Shown: one piece after another, positions 1 through 10,395 of the stretch
Layout: each line of letters starts with the position of its first letter
Position numbering within the stretch: position 1 is the stretch's first letter
IMG/VR virus record: IMGVR_UViG_3300036944_001289
Coordinates: 62,001 to 126,000 of that record
Length of the DNA stretch: 64,000 bases
Strand: one strand, 5' to 3'
Made by a program: the position numbers and the translations under genes
Notes under the pieces: model-generated
What the model was told of the DNA's origin: nothing
Seen by the model: the letters and a program-made list of their open reading frames with translations, nothing else
Databases searched by the model: none

Positions 1-1398
1 CATTCTATTAAACGTTATGTTATTAACGTAATCTTTTTGTAGTAAAATATTACTCTCATTGTATATACTAAAATGGTTCTTTTGTAATGTACTTGTTAGA
101 TCATTTTGCTCTTGAAACAGCATAAATCTATTGGTATCATATATCATGATATAATCGTAATTATTATCTGTAATTATACTAGAAAATGAAAGGCTTGATA
201 CAGAAGATATGGTGGTATTACCCCATATAAATTTGCCTATTTTATTCTGTAATTTGTTTAAGAATAGCTTATATACATTTTTAGTTGTACTAACATATAC
301 AATGTTACTATCATTATATGATATTTTGATTTTATTACAATATTCGCCTATATCAAGAATGATATTCGTACTAACAACCTCTGCTGTAGTATCTAATAAA
401 GGTGACGATTTTACAATTACACCTGTTTTGGTCAGTATATATAAGTTTCCATTTACATCTTTCTCTATATAACAGGGTTCGTTTGTTTGAAATACTTTAC
501 TATTAACGTATTTTGTAGTAAACGTCATCTTTGAGTTGTATATGTATACTGTAAAAGAAGATCTATCATAGACGTATAATAAATCGTCAATATAACGTAC
601 AACAGATGGTTCAATCAAACCACCTATTATGTGCACTAATTTCGGGTTATTTAAAGAAACTCTACTATTATTGAGTGTTGAGTTAATACTAATCTTATAA
701 ACCTGTTTATTATCCTTATCTGCAATATATAAGTTACCGTTGCTATCTGCATCTATTGAAGATATATTTAAGAAGTTTATTTTTGAAGTTGCGTCTACCG
801 CAGTTGCAGATGCAACTGCTCTAAATGTATTAAATTGATTATTAAAATTAAATATGAAATATGCGCTTGGTGTCTGTGTTACTACGTTTAGATTATCACC
901 GTAAAAATTCTTTACTAATAATATATCACTTATTGCAGTTAGTTGCGGGTTTACAGACTGTATACCATATGCACCGGAGTTAGCTGATGATTTCCAGTTT
1001 AATAAGGTGCCTCCGTTTGAAGTAACAGACGCATAGGCGGTATAACCATTCGGTAAGTTATTAGTTAATGCAGAGCATCGTCTGTATAAATCGAAAAAAT
1101 TACTAATGATTTTACCAATTTTTAAATTAATCGAATTCGAATTTACGATTTCATTACTGCTAAAGGTTATATCCTGTTCGTTATACGGTAACGATGTATC
1201 TGTGAGCGGGGTATAGTTAAAATATCCTTCGTTGATAATAAAATCATTTAAAATGTTAGATTGGTTCTGTAATTGTGCGGAAGTATTTGTATAATATCTA
1301 TTAACATATGCAATATTGTCTTTCAGGTTATAAAAACCTGTATATGCAGACCCGTTATAGGTAAACGTATCACCTTCTGTGTAATTATAAATGTTCAT
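1..1398 (-). CDS. Virion structural protein with NHL/beta-propeller-like repeats (runs off window start; absent from ORF track)
   Basis: Hand translation from ATG at 1398 (ATGA overlap with the upstream stop): MNIYNYTEGDTFTYNG...SSIDADSNGNLYIADKDNKQVYKI...IEKDVNGNLYILTKTG; open to position 1. Confidence 0.7.
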   Translation of the reverse strand, partial: MNIYNYTEGDTFTYNGSAYTGFYNLKDNIAYVNRYYTNTSAQLQNQSNILNDFIINEGYFNYTPLTDTSLPYNEQDITFSSNEIVNSNSINLKIGKIISNFFDLYRRCSALTNNLPNGYTAYASVTSNGGTLLNWKSSANSGAYGIQSVNPQLTAISDILLVKNFYGDNLNVVTQTPSAYFIFNFNNQFNTFRAVASATAVDATSKINFLNISSIDADSNGNLYIADKDNKQVYKISINSTLNNSRVSLNNPKLVHIIGGLIEPSVVRYIDDLLYVYDRSSFTVYIYNSKMTFTTKYVNSKVFQTNEPCYIEKDVNGNLYILTKTGVIVKSSPLLDTTAEVVSTNIILDIGEYCNKIKISYNDSNIVYVSTTKNVYKLFLNKLQNKIGKFIWGNTTISSVSSLSFSSIITDNNYDYIMIYDTNRFMLFQEQNDLTSTLQKNHFSIYNESNILLQKDYVNNITFNRM

Positions 1399-4300
1399 CG
1401 TATGTCAAGATTGTATGTAATATCGCTTATATTTGAAGGTAGTATAGATCTAACTCTATCATTAACTACACTTGTCAAAGAGCTTGCGGTTGTACTATCA
1501 ACGTCTAATCCTTTAATATAAACTAATACTTTATTAGATAATCTACCAGGTATGTTATACTTGAAGATATTATCTACGGTTTCTATAGAATTTCTATCAT
1601 CACAAGTGAAGTCGATGTTTATATTGTCTATAGTTATACCTCTCATATAGAGATACTTAATAAAGTCATCTGATAAGGATATGTTGTATATATTAAAATC
1701 TGATACATCGAAACCTGTTGCAATTATTTTTTGATTTGTTATGTAGTCTGTTATTGACTTGTCACTATAATTCTGATTACCTAAGTATAGAATATTTTTA
1801 ACTATAGTGTCAATAGATAATAAATTAGTAGGTGTACTAATGGAATTAGTTAGTACACCATTAACGTAAACATTAATTACACCGTCGAGTAAATTAAAGT
1901 CCATATCAATATGGTTATCTAGGTATTGTAATGGTATTACGTCAATAATTGAATTATCGTTCAGTACATTAACTGAAGAGTAATTAAACGCCCAATACGA
2001 TACAGGTGTGATTGCAGACCAACTGTGAGCATATGTACTCCATACTCTTGCAGATGTTTGTGTAATAAATGTATTTGGTAAGTTTACTGTTAAACAAAGC
2101 TTATCTTCGTAATTTTTATACGTATTTTCTGCGAAGTAAAATCCAGTACAGTTAACAAACGCGTTATTTCCAGACACTGAAGAAATTGATAGGCTATATG
2201 TTGATAGAATCTTACCTGTAGTAAGGGATATCTTATCAGCAATAATATTATTATTAGTGTCTCTTGAAAAGATTAAAGGTAGAGTTTTATAATCTTCGGA
2301 TATAAAGTCTATTTTGAAACCGTTGACAGCTGACTCTGAAAGGCTTATAGTAGATAATAGCTCTCTATCTGTATTAAAAATCTTTAAGCTATTGTTACTC
2401 TGAATATAGAGATTATTATCGTGACTACTTATATCGTCTATTTTATAGACTGTACTCAACCCGACATACGAGGTATTTGTAGGTAGATTAGTAAACAATA
2501 CATATTTGTCTGATGACAGACTTGCACCAAAAGTATCGTTAATATTTATACCTTTTTCTCCAGGTAATGTAAAGGTACTATCTGTTGATGTGGTAATTAC
2601 TGAACTTGCCCCGTTAGATAGTGTTGTTGAGAGAGCAGTTACGAGTGTCTGTAGATCTGTAATGTAGACAGGGCATGGTGATACATTTTTGGTGGTAAAT
2701 ATAGCTTTATTACCTTTACCATAAAAGTGTCTGCTAGCAACCGATGTTTTAATTCCGTCAGGTATATCTGTATTGTAATTAATTATTTGACCGGTAATGT
2801 CAGTTCTAAATAACCCGTTAGATGTGCGTAATACTATATCTGTTGTTTGTGAAACATAACAGATATCAGATATGTTACCTACAGCAACAGGGTCATATGT
2901 ATTCTTTTTTATAAGATTGAAATCAGTATCATAAAAATACACCGCATTGTTTTGCTGTATAATTATGAAAGGTGTAAAGTAAAAATTTTTACGTAATGCA
3001 AAACCTATATTATAATTGTTACCTAATAACTGATATGCTTTTGCATTTTCGAAATCTTTTGCTTTTATCCTAAAGGATACGTTAAATCTACCAGTACCTA
3101 TACTACCTATATCAAAGCTATCATATACAGAACCGTTAAGTAATAGTTGTTCAGTTTCAGGTTCTTCATTACCTGTATTTATATCGTAAGGTATAATAGT
3201 TTGTCTAAGTAAATTAACGTCTTTACCACTTAAAACATTTTCTATATATTTATTACCTATTCTTGCATAGTAGTAAGTACTATTTGGTTCGAACATTAGT
3301 GCTGACTGTATATCATAAAAATTTAATTTAGTTAGTCCGATATTTTCTACAAAACTATCTAGCTCTGATTTAAATGTAAACACCTGCGATGTACTAGAAC
3401 TGAGTGCATTTATGTATGATGTATTTTGTGGTATATAATATCTATCGTACCAAATACCATCTATGATATTAAACCATGAGCATAAAAATATACCATTTGA
3501 CTCGTTAGCAGTATTAACATTTTTGTTATTATCAAGTAATTTATAAACCCTATCACTAAAGTAAGGAGAAGTTGCAGCGTAAGCACCAGCTTCTTTTAAC
3601 CCGGAATCGTTTATATTAATTCTTGTAAAAGGTGCTATTGTATCAGGCAATGTAAATTTGGTATACTTATCAGGTGTTATTAAGTACTCTTTTGTAAAAA
3701 AATTAAAACCAAGCTGTAATTTTTCGTTAGATGTTTCTTGATAGTCGTTTGTTATAATTGCATTATAATTACGTTGTTGCTTGTTTTTAAAGAAAGGTAC
3801 TCTATTTACAAAGTTATTTTTAGAAGTATAATTTTTTAAGTTAAAAAGATCTACATTACCATCGACTGATGTTGCAGATGGTGTCCAGGTTTCGTAAGGT
3901 GAATATACTAAGAAGTTATTTTTTATATTGGTTAACGAATTATTATTATCTATATTAACACCTGATGTATATAATACAAAATTTTGAGTATTATATACAT
4001 TTGTGTCTCTTGCTTGTCGATTAGTTAAAAAATTTATTCTAGTTTTATTTAGCGCTGAAGGTGTACCTACACTTAAACTATAGACAGCGCTTGAAGGTGC
4101 ACCGTAAACTAACCACCCAGTGCCACTTGTAAGTGTGCAGAATAGGTTAATGATATTATTATCAGAGTCGTATAGATAATTAAAATATGTTGCTGATGCT
4201 GGTGAAAATATTAAGGTGTTGCTAATATTCTCTCGTACAAATAGATATTTTTTGTAATACTTATCATAACTCCAAAGTAAGCATATATTTTCACCACTAG

Positions 4301-4688
4301 TTAATGTATAAAAATCAATTACGAAATTTTGAGCATAACTTGAATTACTTGCTGTTATAGTTGCTTGCGATGCTGAAACCAAACTGTTTGGTATTAATGT
4401 AACGTATTGATTTGGTGTATCTTCTATATAAAGTTGTGTAACAATAGAGTTGTTTAAACGCTCAGGTAAGATCTCATCCATTATATCTTCTTTAGAAAAA
4501 TTAAATGTGAGATAGTTATCTGTATAATTCTTTATTATACAGTCGTTAGAACTTAAGAGAAAATTGTATTCTGTCAATATACTACCTTGCTGTGTACCAT
4601 ACGTAACACTATCAAGATTAGCGGTATCATCTGTAAGCGTGAGATTTACAGGTTTAAGCGTACTATAATATTCAATACCAATAGCCAT
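1395..4688 (-). CDS. Large beta-rich virion structural protein (1097 aa), possible LamG/ConA-like C-terminal domain
   Basis: S/T/N/Y-rich; C-terminal INVYVNG...LYLG...DFNIYN pattern; late-promoter TAAATA just upstream; structural gene context. Confidence 0.55.
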   Translation of the reverse strand: MAIGIEYYSTLKPVNLTLTDDTANLDSVTYGTQQGSILTEYNFLLSSNDCIIKNYTDNYLTFNFSKEDIMDEILPERLNNSIVTQLYIEDTPNQYVTLIPNSLVSASQATITASNSSYAQNFVIDFYTLTSGENICLLWSYDKYYKKYLFVRENISNTLIFSPASATYFNYLYDSDNNIINLFCTLTSGTGWLVYGAPSSAVYSLSVGTPSALNKTRINFLTNRQARDTNVYNTQNFVLYTSGVNIDNNNSLTNIKNNFLVYSPYETWTPSATSVDGNVDLFNLKNYTSKNNFVNRVPFFKNKQQRNYNAIITNDYQETSNEKLQLGFNFFTKEYLITPDKYTKFTLPDTIAPFTRININDSGLKEAGAYAATSPYFSDRVYKLLDNNKNVNTANESNGIFLCSWFNIIDGIWYDRYYIPQNTSYINALSSSTSQVFTFKSELDSFVENIGLTKLNFYDIQSALMFEPNSTYYYARIGNKYIENVLSGKDVNLLRQTIIPYDINTGNEEPETEQLLLNGSVYDSFDIGSIGTGRFNVSFRIKAKDFENAKAYQLLGNNYNIGFALRKNFYFTPFIIIQQNNAVYFYDTDFNLIKKNTYDPVAVGNISDICYVSQTTDIVLRTSNGLFRTDITGQIINYNTDIPDGIKTSVASRHFYGKGNKAIFTTKNVSPCPVYITDLQTLVTALSTTLSNGASSVITTSTDSTFTLPGEKGININDTFGASLSSDKYVLFTNLPTNTSYVGLSTVYKIDDISSHDNNLYIQSNNSLKIFNTDRELLSTISLSESAVNGFKIDFISEDYKTLPLIFSRDTNNNIIADKISLTTGKILSTYSLSISSVSGNNAFVNCTGFYFAENTYKNYEDKLCLTVNLPNTFITQTSARVWSTYAHSWSAITPVSYWAFNYSSVNVLNDNSIIDVIPLQYLDNHIDMDFNLLDGVINVYVNGVLTNSISTPTNLLSIDTIVKNILYLGNQNYSDKSITDYITNQKIIATGFDVSDFNIYNISLSDDFIKYLYMRGITIDNINIDFTCDDRNSIETVDNIFKYNIPGRLSNKVLVYIKGLDVDSTTASSLTSVVNDRVRSILPSNISDITYNLDIR

Positions 4689-4711
4689 TTAACAATATTT
4701 ACAAAATAGTA

Positions 4712-5530
4712 TTAGCTATCTACATCAGAATACCATTTTTGTAAAACTTCAGTTGAGATAAATTCGCTAAAATGATCAAAAACAGGCTTTGTATCTAAGT
4801 TTAATTCTTTATGACCTATAAAATAATTTTTTACCTTATCTTCAAGTGTTAGCCTATATGGTACACCGTTAGGTCTTGCAAATCTATGTAACCATCGTAA
4901 AAATGGTAGACATAAAACTTTTTTACCATTTTTACGATATTTTTCATGTATATAACCTTCTTCACCACCAAAACCTCTAAATTTAGAGTTAAATCCTAAC
5001 CATGCGTCTTTTCTGCAAGCAAATAGACCCATTCCTTGAGCAGGTATTTCAAACGGTTGATTATTTATATTCAATCCACGAGGATCTGTACCCCAGGTAC
5101 CCCACATTTGACCTCTCCAAACTAAGTCAAAATGTGTGGAAATGTGTTTTATATCATCATATAACAGTGGACCGTGTAATAGATTTCCTTCATCTAACCC
5201 TTTAACAAAAAAATCTATTAATATTTTTATTGATCCTGGATATAGTAGTACGTGACTATCGATACACATAACATACGGTGTATTTGCATATTCAAATATT
5301 TTACCTTTTACGAAAGTTGATGAGTACTCCCTAAAAGGTATAACTTTACCATTTGGAACTGAGGATATAAAACTTCTTAATGCCTCACCATGCTTACTAT
5401 CTGGATTGTTATCAACAACAATTATTTCAATATCGTTAAGTACTTCAGAATGATATAGTCTAATCGACTGTATCGTAAAGTACACACCATCATAATCATC
5501 AAACGTTGGAATTCCAATTGTTAGCTTCAT
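4712..5530 (-). CDS. Family 2 (GT-A) glycosyltransferase
   Basis: LTIGIPTF, IIVVDNNP, YVMCIDSH (DxD-like), FRGFGGEE motifs. Confidence 0.85.
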   Translation of the reverse strand: MKLTIGIPTFDDYDGVYFTIQSIRLYHSEVLNDIEIIVVDNNPDSKHGEALRSFISSVPNGKVIPFREYSSTFVKGKIFEYANTPYVMCIDSHVLLYPGSIKILIDFFVKGLDEGNLLHGPLLYDDIKHISTHFDLVWRGQMWGTWGTDPRGLNINNQPFEIPAQGMGLFACRKDAWLGFNSKFRGFGGEEGYIHEKYRKNGKKVLCLPFLRWLHRFARPNGVPYRLTLEDKVKNYFIGHKELNLDTKPVFDHFSEFISTEVLQKWYSDVDS

Positions 5531-8500
5531 TGTATGTATCTATTAATACCTGTTGTAGTTTATTTTCAACTTCTACAATTTCGAGTTCATTTACAGTTAT
5601 ATCTCTACTATAATAGGAAAATACTCTGCTTGAATAATAATTAATACCATCTAGTCTAGAAGTTGGATTAGGTGGGTATACAACACTAAGTGATTGGTTG
5701 AAATATATTTCTTCTATAGGTACTCTATTAGATATTGGTGTACTGTATACATTAGGTGCTGGGTAATAAGTTCTGGAGGTTAATGCAAAAGAATTTGTTA
5801 ACCCACTATTATAAAACGCCATCACATGGCACCCGTCTGATAATGAAGGTGTACGGGTATTTAAAGGTAATATATCTACTGCTACATCATTACATATTAT
5901 AAGTTGCCACACTCTATAAAGGTAGTAATCTATACCGTTTACTGTTATATTTGTGGCACATGCCGGGAAAGTATGCGTTGTATTTCCTGGTATAATATCC
6001 CGTCTAGACGTAAATTGTAAGGGTGAGTTAAATTCAAGATATTGAGGTGTGTTTGATTGAGTTGTAGTAGTCGTTGTGCTAGTAGTTGTGGTAGGTGTGT
6101 TTGATTGAGTTGTAGTAGTCGTTGTGCTAGTAGTTGTGGTAGGTGCTGTAGATAATGCTATTGTGTTTAATCCAATATTGTAAAATTGTCTACCGGATAA
6201 TGTTATTGTATGTGGTGTCTCAGTTTGAGTCTCTACACTTATGTTTTTTATAACAGGTATATGAGATGGTATCGTTCCAGACCAAGGTGATATATTTAAT
6301 GAGTCTACTATACGGTCTATTCTACAAATAAATCCACTTGCATCGTTAGTAGGCGTTCTACCCGCAAATATCAAACCCACACATTTCCATGTTGATAATG
6401 AAGGTATAGTTGAGCTTAATAAAGCAAATACAGCTGTTCCAGAATCTCCACCCTGGGTTACTGGAAATGCTTTTTCTTTACTTCTCAATGTAATACAGTC
6501 TTTAAATAATAAAGGTTTAGTGTTAGTGTAAACATTTACAAGTGAACTTGCACCTATGCTATCAATTATAATCTTATCGTTCGTTCTATTATTAATACCA
6601 AAACAACCATCTACATTATAGCCTAAAACACTAAAACTACTATTGGAGTTAAAAAGTAGAGTTTCCTTGTTACTGTTACTTGAAGAAAATACACCATATA
6701 CATCATCCGCTGTAATCCCTGGTATTTTCGTAAACGTGTTAGAGTTAGCTTGTGCTTGTATAGCAGTTAAAGGGTTTGTGCTGTATGTTACATTGTAATT
6801 ACTATTACTATCTGTATTCTTTTTAACATAAATTTCACCACCAGATAGAATACCTGTAACTGAATTGTATCCATCATTTACCGCTTTTATATTACCTTTA
6901 AAACTTGGATAAAATATTATACTTGTGCCTTGACTAGATGAACTAAAAATTTCACATAATACATCATTTGTAGATAGTGCAAATAACCTCGAAGATAATA
7001 AATTACAGTCTAATATTTTTTTAAAATTACCAACATTTAAAATATTGCTATTTAATGAATAAGGGGTATTAGTAACAGGAAATGAAGAAAAAGATGCGTA
7101 GTTATAGTAAGAAGGTATAGAATAAAAGATTTTATTACCTGATAATGCAACAAGTGAGTAGTTAAATAAAGCTATTTGGTCCCACTCACCAGGTAACTCA
7201 ACCCAAGTAGTTGTACTATCTGCAGATAGACCATAACCAATAGTCTGACTAGTACTATTGTTTCCTATCACATTTATCTTCTTGTCTTTTAAGATATAAA
7301 TATTTCCGGAATATATTTTTAAATCTATATTATCATAATTAGGTAATTGATTCGGTAGTACGCTGTACCTGTCAGAATAATTATATTGGTATCTAGTGCT
7401 AGTTCCTGACGAGTATAGTTTATTATCTACACCTAAACCTACAAAAAAAGTATTATCTAACCAAACGTCTTTAAACTTCATAGGTAATAGACCAAATTCT
7501 AATCTACTACCACCTGGTACTATATTTATATTACCAAAAAAAAGCAAATTAAAAGAACCATGACCACAGTGATATACGTCTGTACCACTAAAACCAAATA
7601 GAGTTGTACCGTAATATGTTTTATAGTGTTTTACCTTTGTAAATATGCTAGACAATTGTGTTTGATTGGTTATAAGATCTATTGGTACTGCATGGGTATC
7701 TTTTGTATATATGTTTCCAGGAAACCCCATAGGCCCTAATGTTCTACCACTTCTGAATACAGGTGATTGAAAATTAGGTGAATTAGGGTCAAGTAAAGAA
7801 TCAATCTCTTGTGTTGTTGCAAATTGATAAGGTCCAGGTACATTAAACCCTATAACTTGATTAGAAGATGTATCTATAATGTTATAATTTTGTATATGTA
7901 CAAGGGCTGCATCAATGTAATTATTATCTAAATTAAATGTTTGACACCTCTTATGTCTACCTATAGTATGTTGAGGCCATATTGATATAGCACCATAAGG
8001 TGTGTATTGTGAAGATGCTGGCTGCCTTGCAGATAAAATAGCTGTATTTAAATTTGTACCAGATACAGATAGATAACCAGACATTTGACTCTGCGCATAC
8101 ACGTGGTTGTTTGAAAGACAGCAAATCGAGTTATCTGTATTATCTTTAACGATCAATCCTAATGTAGCGTCGGAACCTAATGTATGAATTGATGATACAC
8201 CACTTTTCAATGGTCTATGTATGTTTCTTGAAATACTTAGAGGTATTACAAGAGGGTCCATGGTATTAAAATAGGTTGTTGCTTGGATTTTAATATCTTC
8301 TACTTGGTGCGGTACGTATATAGGTAATTCACCGCTCAAATTCTCTACATTATTATAACTATCTAAAGTACTAATCGTACCAGTCTCTAACACATCTGTA
8401 ATAACGTCTGTACCATCTAAAGTAATTGTTAGAGGTAATATCTCTTCAGGTAACAACTCTTCGATTGATTTCTTTTTTGTAACAAAAAACTTAACACATA

Positions 8501-8618
8501 TCTCATCAGTATCAATTAAATCTACTTCTTTGGTAGATATGCACCAGCCTACAACGTTAGGGTATTGATCTGAAAAATTCTGTGCGTTTAGAAACTCTTT
8601 TAAGCTCGTTATATTCAT
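5499..8618 (-). CDS. Nal1-type trypsin-like serine protease with a large internal insertion and Thr-rich stalk (1039 aa)
   Basis: N-terminal VVG...CVKFFVTKK...ILP...TDVLETG domain; TLG...LSNNHV (His172), IDAAL (Asp236), RSGRTLG, GGDSG (Ser726), VGLIFAG. Confidence 0.75.
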   Translation of the reverse strand: MNITSLKEFLNAQNFSDQYPNVVGWCISTKEVDLIDTDEICVKFFVTKKKSIEELLPEEILPLTITLDGTDVITDVLETGTISTLDSYNNVENLSGELPIYVPHQVEDIKIQATTYFNTMDPLVIPLSISRNIHRPLKSGVSSIHTLGSDATLGLIVKDNTDNSICCLSNNHVYAQSQMSGYLSVSGTNLNTAILSARQPASSQYTPYGAISIWPQHTIGRHKRCQTFNLDNNYIDAALVHIQNYNIIDTSSNQVIGFNVPGPYQFATTQEIDSLLDPNSPNFQSPVFRSGRTLGPMGFPGNIYTKDTHAVPIDLITNQTQLSSIFTKVKHYKTYYGTTLFGFSGTDVYHCGHGSFNLLFFGNINIVPGGSRLEFGLLPMKFKDVWLDNTFFVGLGVDNKLYSSGTSTRYQYNYSDRYSVLPNQLPNYDNIDLKIYSGNIYILKDKKINVIGNNSTSQTIGYGLSADSTTTWVELPGEWDQIALFNYSLVALSGNKIFYSIPSYYNYASFSSFPVTNTPYSLNSNILNVGNFKKILDCNLLSSRLFALSTNDVLCEIFSSSSQGTSIIFYPSFKGNIKAVNDGYNSVTGILSGGEIYVKKNTDSNSNYNVTYSTNPLTAIQAQANSNTFTKIPGITADDVYGVFSSSNSNKETLLFNSNSSFSVLGYNVDGCFGINNRTNDKIIIDSIGASSLVNVYTNTKPLLFKDCITLRSKEKAFPVTQGGDSGTAVFALLSSTIPSLSTWKCVGLIFAGRTPTNDASGFICRIDRIVDSLNISPWSGTIPSHIPVIKNISVETQTETPHTITLSGRQFYNIGLNTIALSTAPTTTTSTTTTTTQSNTPTTTTSTTTTTTQSNTPQYLEFNSPLQFTSRRDIIPGNTTHTFPACATNITVNGIDYYLYRVWQLIICNDVAVDILPLNTRTPSLSDGCHVMAFYNSGLTNSFALTSRTYYPAPNVYSTPISNRVPIEEIYFNQSLSVVYPPNPTSRLDGINYYSSRVFSYYSRDITVNELEIVEVENKLQQVLIDTYNEANNWNSNV
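6045..6145. repeat. Perfect 48-bp tandem duplication encoding PTTTTSTTTTTTQSNT x2
   Basis: aggtgtgtttgattgagttgtagtagtcgttgtgctagtagttgtggt at 6045 and 6093, then a partial third copy. Confidence 0.95.
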
Positions 8619-8619
8619 T

Positions 8620-9846
8620 TTATATTATATTTATATTACCTGAAACTGACGGTGTTAATGCGTTTACGTAGCATATAGTACCTGTAGATGATGGTGTCCA
8701 CATGATTGTACCTGTGGTTATACCTGAGGTACTGTTGTTACCGTATATATCTGTTATTGACGATGTGTCAAGTGCACTATTTCTTATTGCAAACGGTATA
8801 GATGTACCTACTATGAGGTCGTAATTAGTGTTAGCAGATAGTGTAATTGTTGGATTACTACCTGATGATTGATCTGTTCTAAATTCACCACTAAAAGACG
8901 ATACGTTTATAACTACAGAGCTTGAAGTAAACAACATACTATAAACTGTAGTAGTTGGTGAGGGTGTAGTAGTTGTGGTCGTTGTCGTTGTAGTTGTGGT
9001 CGTTGTGGTTGTTGTGGGGTCGGGTGGGTCGATCGGTGGTAGAGTTGTTGTAGTTGTAGTAGTTGTTATTGGTATTTCAGGTTCTGGTATTATAATAGGT
9101 GGTAGGGATATTATAGGATCCGGTGCACTGCCTAATGAAAATAGTAAGTTACCGTCAATACTACCATTAAAATTTATATTTTTAACCTTTATAGGAAAAT
9201 TACCAGACCATGTTATACCTACACGCACACTATCAGGTACTTTACTTAAATCTATATTCGTATTATATGTTACAACTTGTTTATATATATCGTCTTCATA
9301 CGTATATAACGTTACCTGTTGCATATTGTTTTTAAATGCAACTCTAAATACATTCCATTCATCATTGAATGGTTTTGCAAAACCAGGTATATAATTCGAA
9401 CCAACGTATTCAAATGAGGATAGTTTTCTTACAACAAAGCTACTAGGCTGTAATGTATTAGTACCTGTATTAAATTGTTGTAATCCACCGTTTGATGTAA
9501 AAATACCATCTACATCATACATCGCACACATAAAAAAACCACTAACTGCTGAAAAAGGTGTTGTGTTAGTATCCGTAATAATACCTAAACCACCACCAGC
9601 ACCACCACCAGTTAATGTAGTTACTCTGCTATCTAATAGAAATACACCAAAACCATCATATATTGTGGAGAACTGCAAACCTAAAAAGTCATCATTTTGC
9701 AATAAGAGTCTGTCACCTGTTTGCAATAATAAGTTACCTAAAGATACTCTTTCTTCAGGGTCTTGTATCAAAAACGAAACAGTTATATCATTATCTGTTT
9801 TAAATGCTTGTTTATAAAGTATATTGCTACAAAAACCTGATGACAT
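8620..9846 (-). CDS. Virion protein: lectin/ConA-like N-domain, Pro/Thr-rich linker, small beta-sandwich C-domain
   Basis: DGFGVFL...GGGLG and VRVGITWSG resemble legume-lectin-type motifs; PIITTTTTTTTT/PDPTTTT(18) linker; WTP..GTICY...SGNI C-terminus; TAAATA-N5-ATG. Confidence 0.55.
   Translation of the reverse strand: MSSGFCSNILYKQAFKTDNDITVSFLIQDPEERVSLGNLLLQTGDRLLLQNDDFLGLQFSTIYDGFGVFLLDSRVTTLTGGGAGGGLGIITDTNTTPFSAVSGFFMCAMYDVDGIFTSNGGLQQFNTGTNTLQPSSFVVRKLSSFEYVGSNYIPGFAKPFNDEWNVFRVAFKNNMQQVTLYTYEDDIYKQVVTYNTNIDLSKVPDSVRVGITWSGNFPIKVKNINFNGSIDGNLLFSLGSAPDPIISLPPIIIPEPEIPITTTTTTTTLPPIDPPDPTTTTTTTTTTTTTTTTTPSPTTTVYSMLFTSSSVVINVSSFSGEFRTDQSSGSNPTITLSANTNYDLIVGTSIPFAIRNSALDTSSITDIYGNNSTSGITTGTIMWTPSSTGTICYVNALTPSVSGNINII
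8945..9070. repeat. Low-complexity poly-Thr codon tract
   Basis: Runs of (gtt/gta/gtg/gtc) on the + strand are ACN codons on the - strand. Confidence 0.9.
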
Positions 9847-9867
9847 GTAATTATTTAGTAAGTATTA

Positions 9868-10347
9868 TCAATTAGTAAAGAACCCGGATTTATCTAAAGT
9901 ACCTTTAAATTTAACTTGTTGTGTTTTGAATCTTGGTATTACAATTGTAAAATCGATAATATATTGAGATTCATCAAAAAGAGGTGTGACATTTATATTT
10001 TTAATAGATATCCTAGGTTCAAACTTGGTAACTGCATTTAATATTGTTTCACCTACGAGTCTTGCACGTTGCTCTGTTACAGGTAAGAATAGAAGGTCCC
10101 CAAAGTTGCAGCCAAAAGGTGGATTTAATATTTTTTCCCCTGGTGATGTAGTTAGTATACTCGTTATTGAGTTCTTAATTGCACCTTCGTTATTGTCAAC
10201 TTGTATATCAGCAATTTGACGTATTTTAGCTAGCTCATCACTAAACGTTCTATTTAGCTGTAAATCCATTCTAATATCGGTGTATATATTAGTGTTACTT
10301 CTATTTGCATCTGTATTTTGTAAAAAATCTAGCACAATCTTTGCCAT
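9868..10347 (-). CDS. gp25: Baseplate wedge protein gp25-like
   Basis: AIKNSITSILTTSPGEKILNPPFG...FEPRI signature. Confidence 0.9.
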   Translation of the reverse strand: MAKIVLDFLQNTDANRSNTNIYTDIRMDLQLNRTFSDELAKIRQIADIQVDNNEGAIKNSITSILTTSPGEKILNPPFGCNFGDLLFLPVTEQRARLVGETILNAVTKFEPRISIKNINVTPLFDESQYIIDFTIVIPRFKTQQVKFKGTLDKSGFFTN

Positions 10348-10395
10348 TTAAATATTTACATAGAGAGAAAAATATCAAACTTAATAAATAATAAT

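Noticed and set aside
6045-6145. 48-bp repeat as a regulatory or CRISPR-like element
   Set aside because: It is an in-frame coding duplication with no spacer.
8975-9394. + strand poly-Val ORF
   Set aside because: It is the antisense shadow of the poly-Thr tract in 8620-9846.
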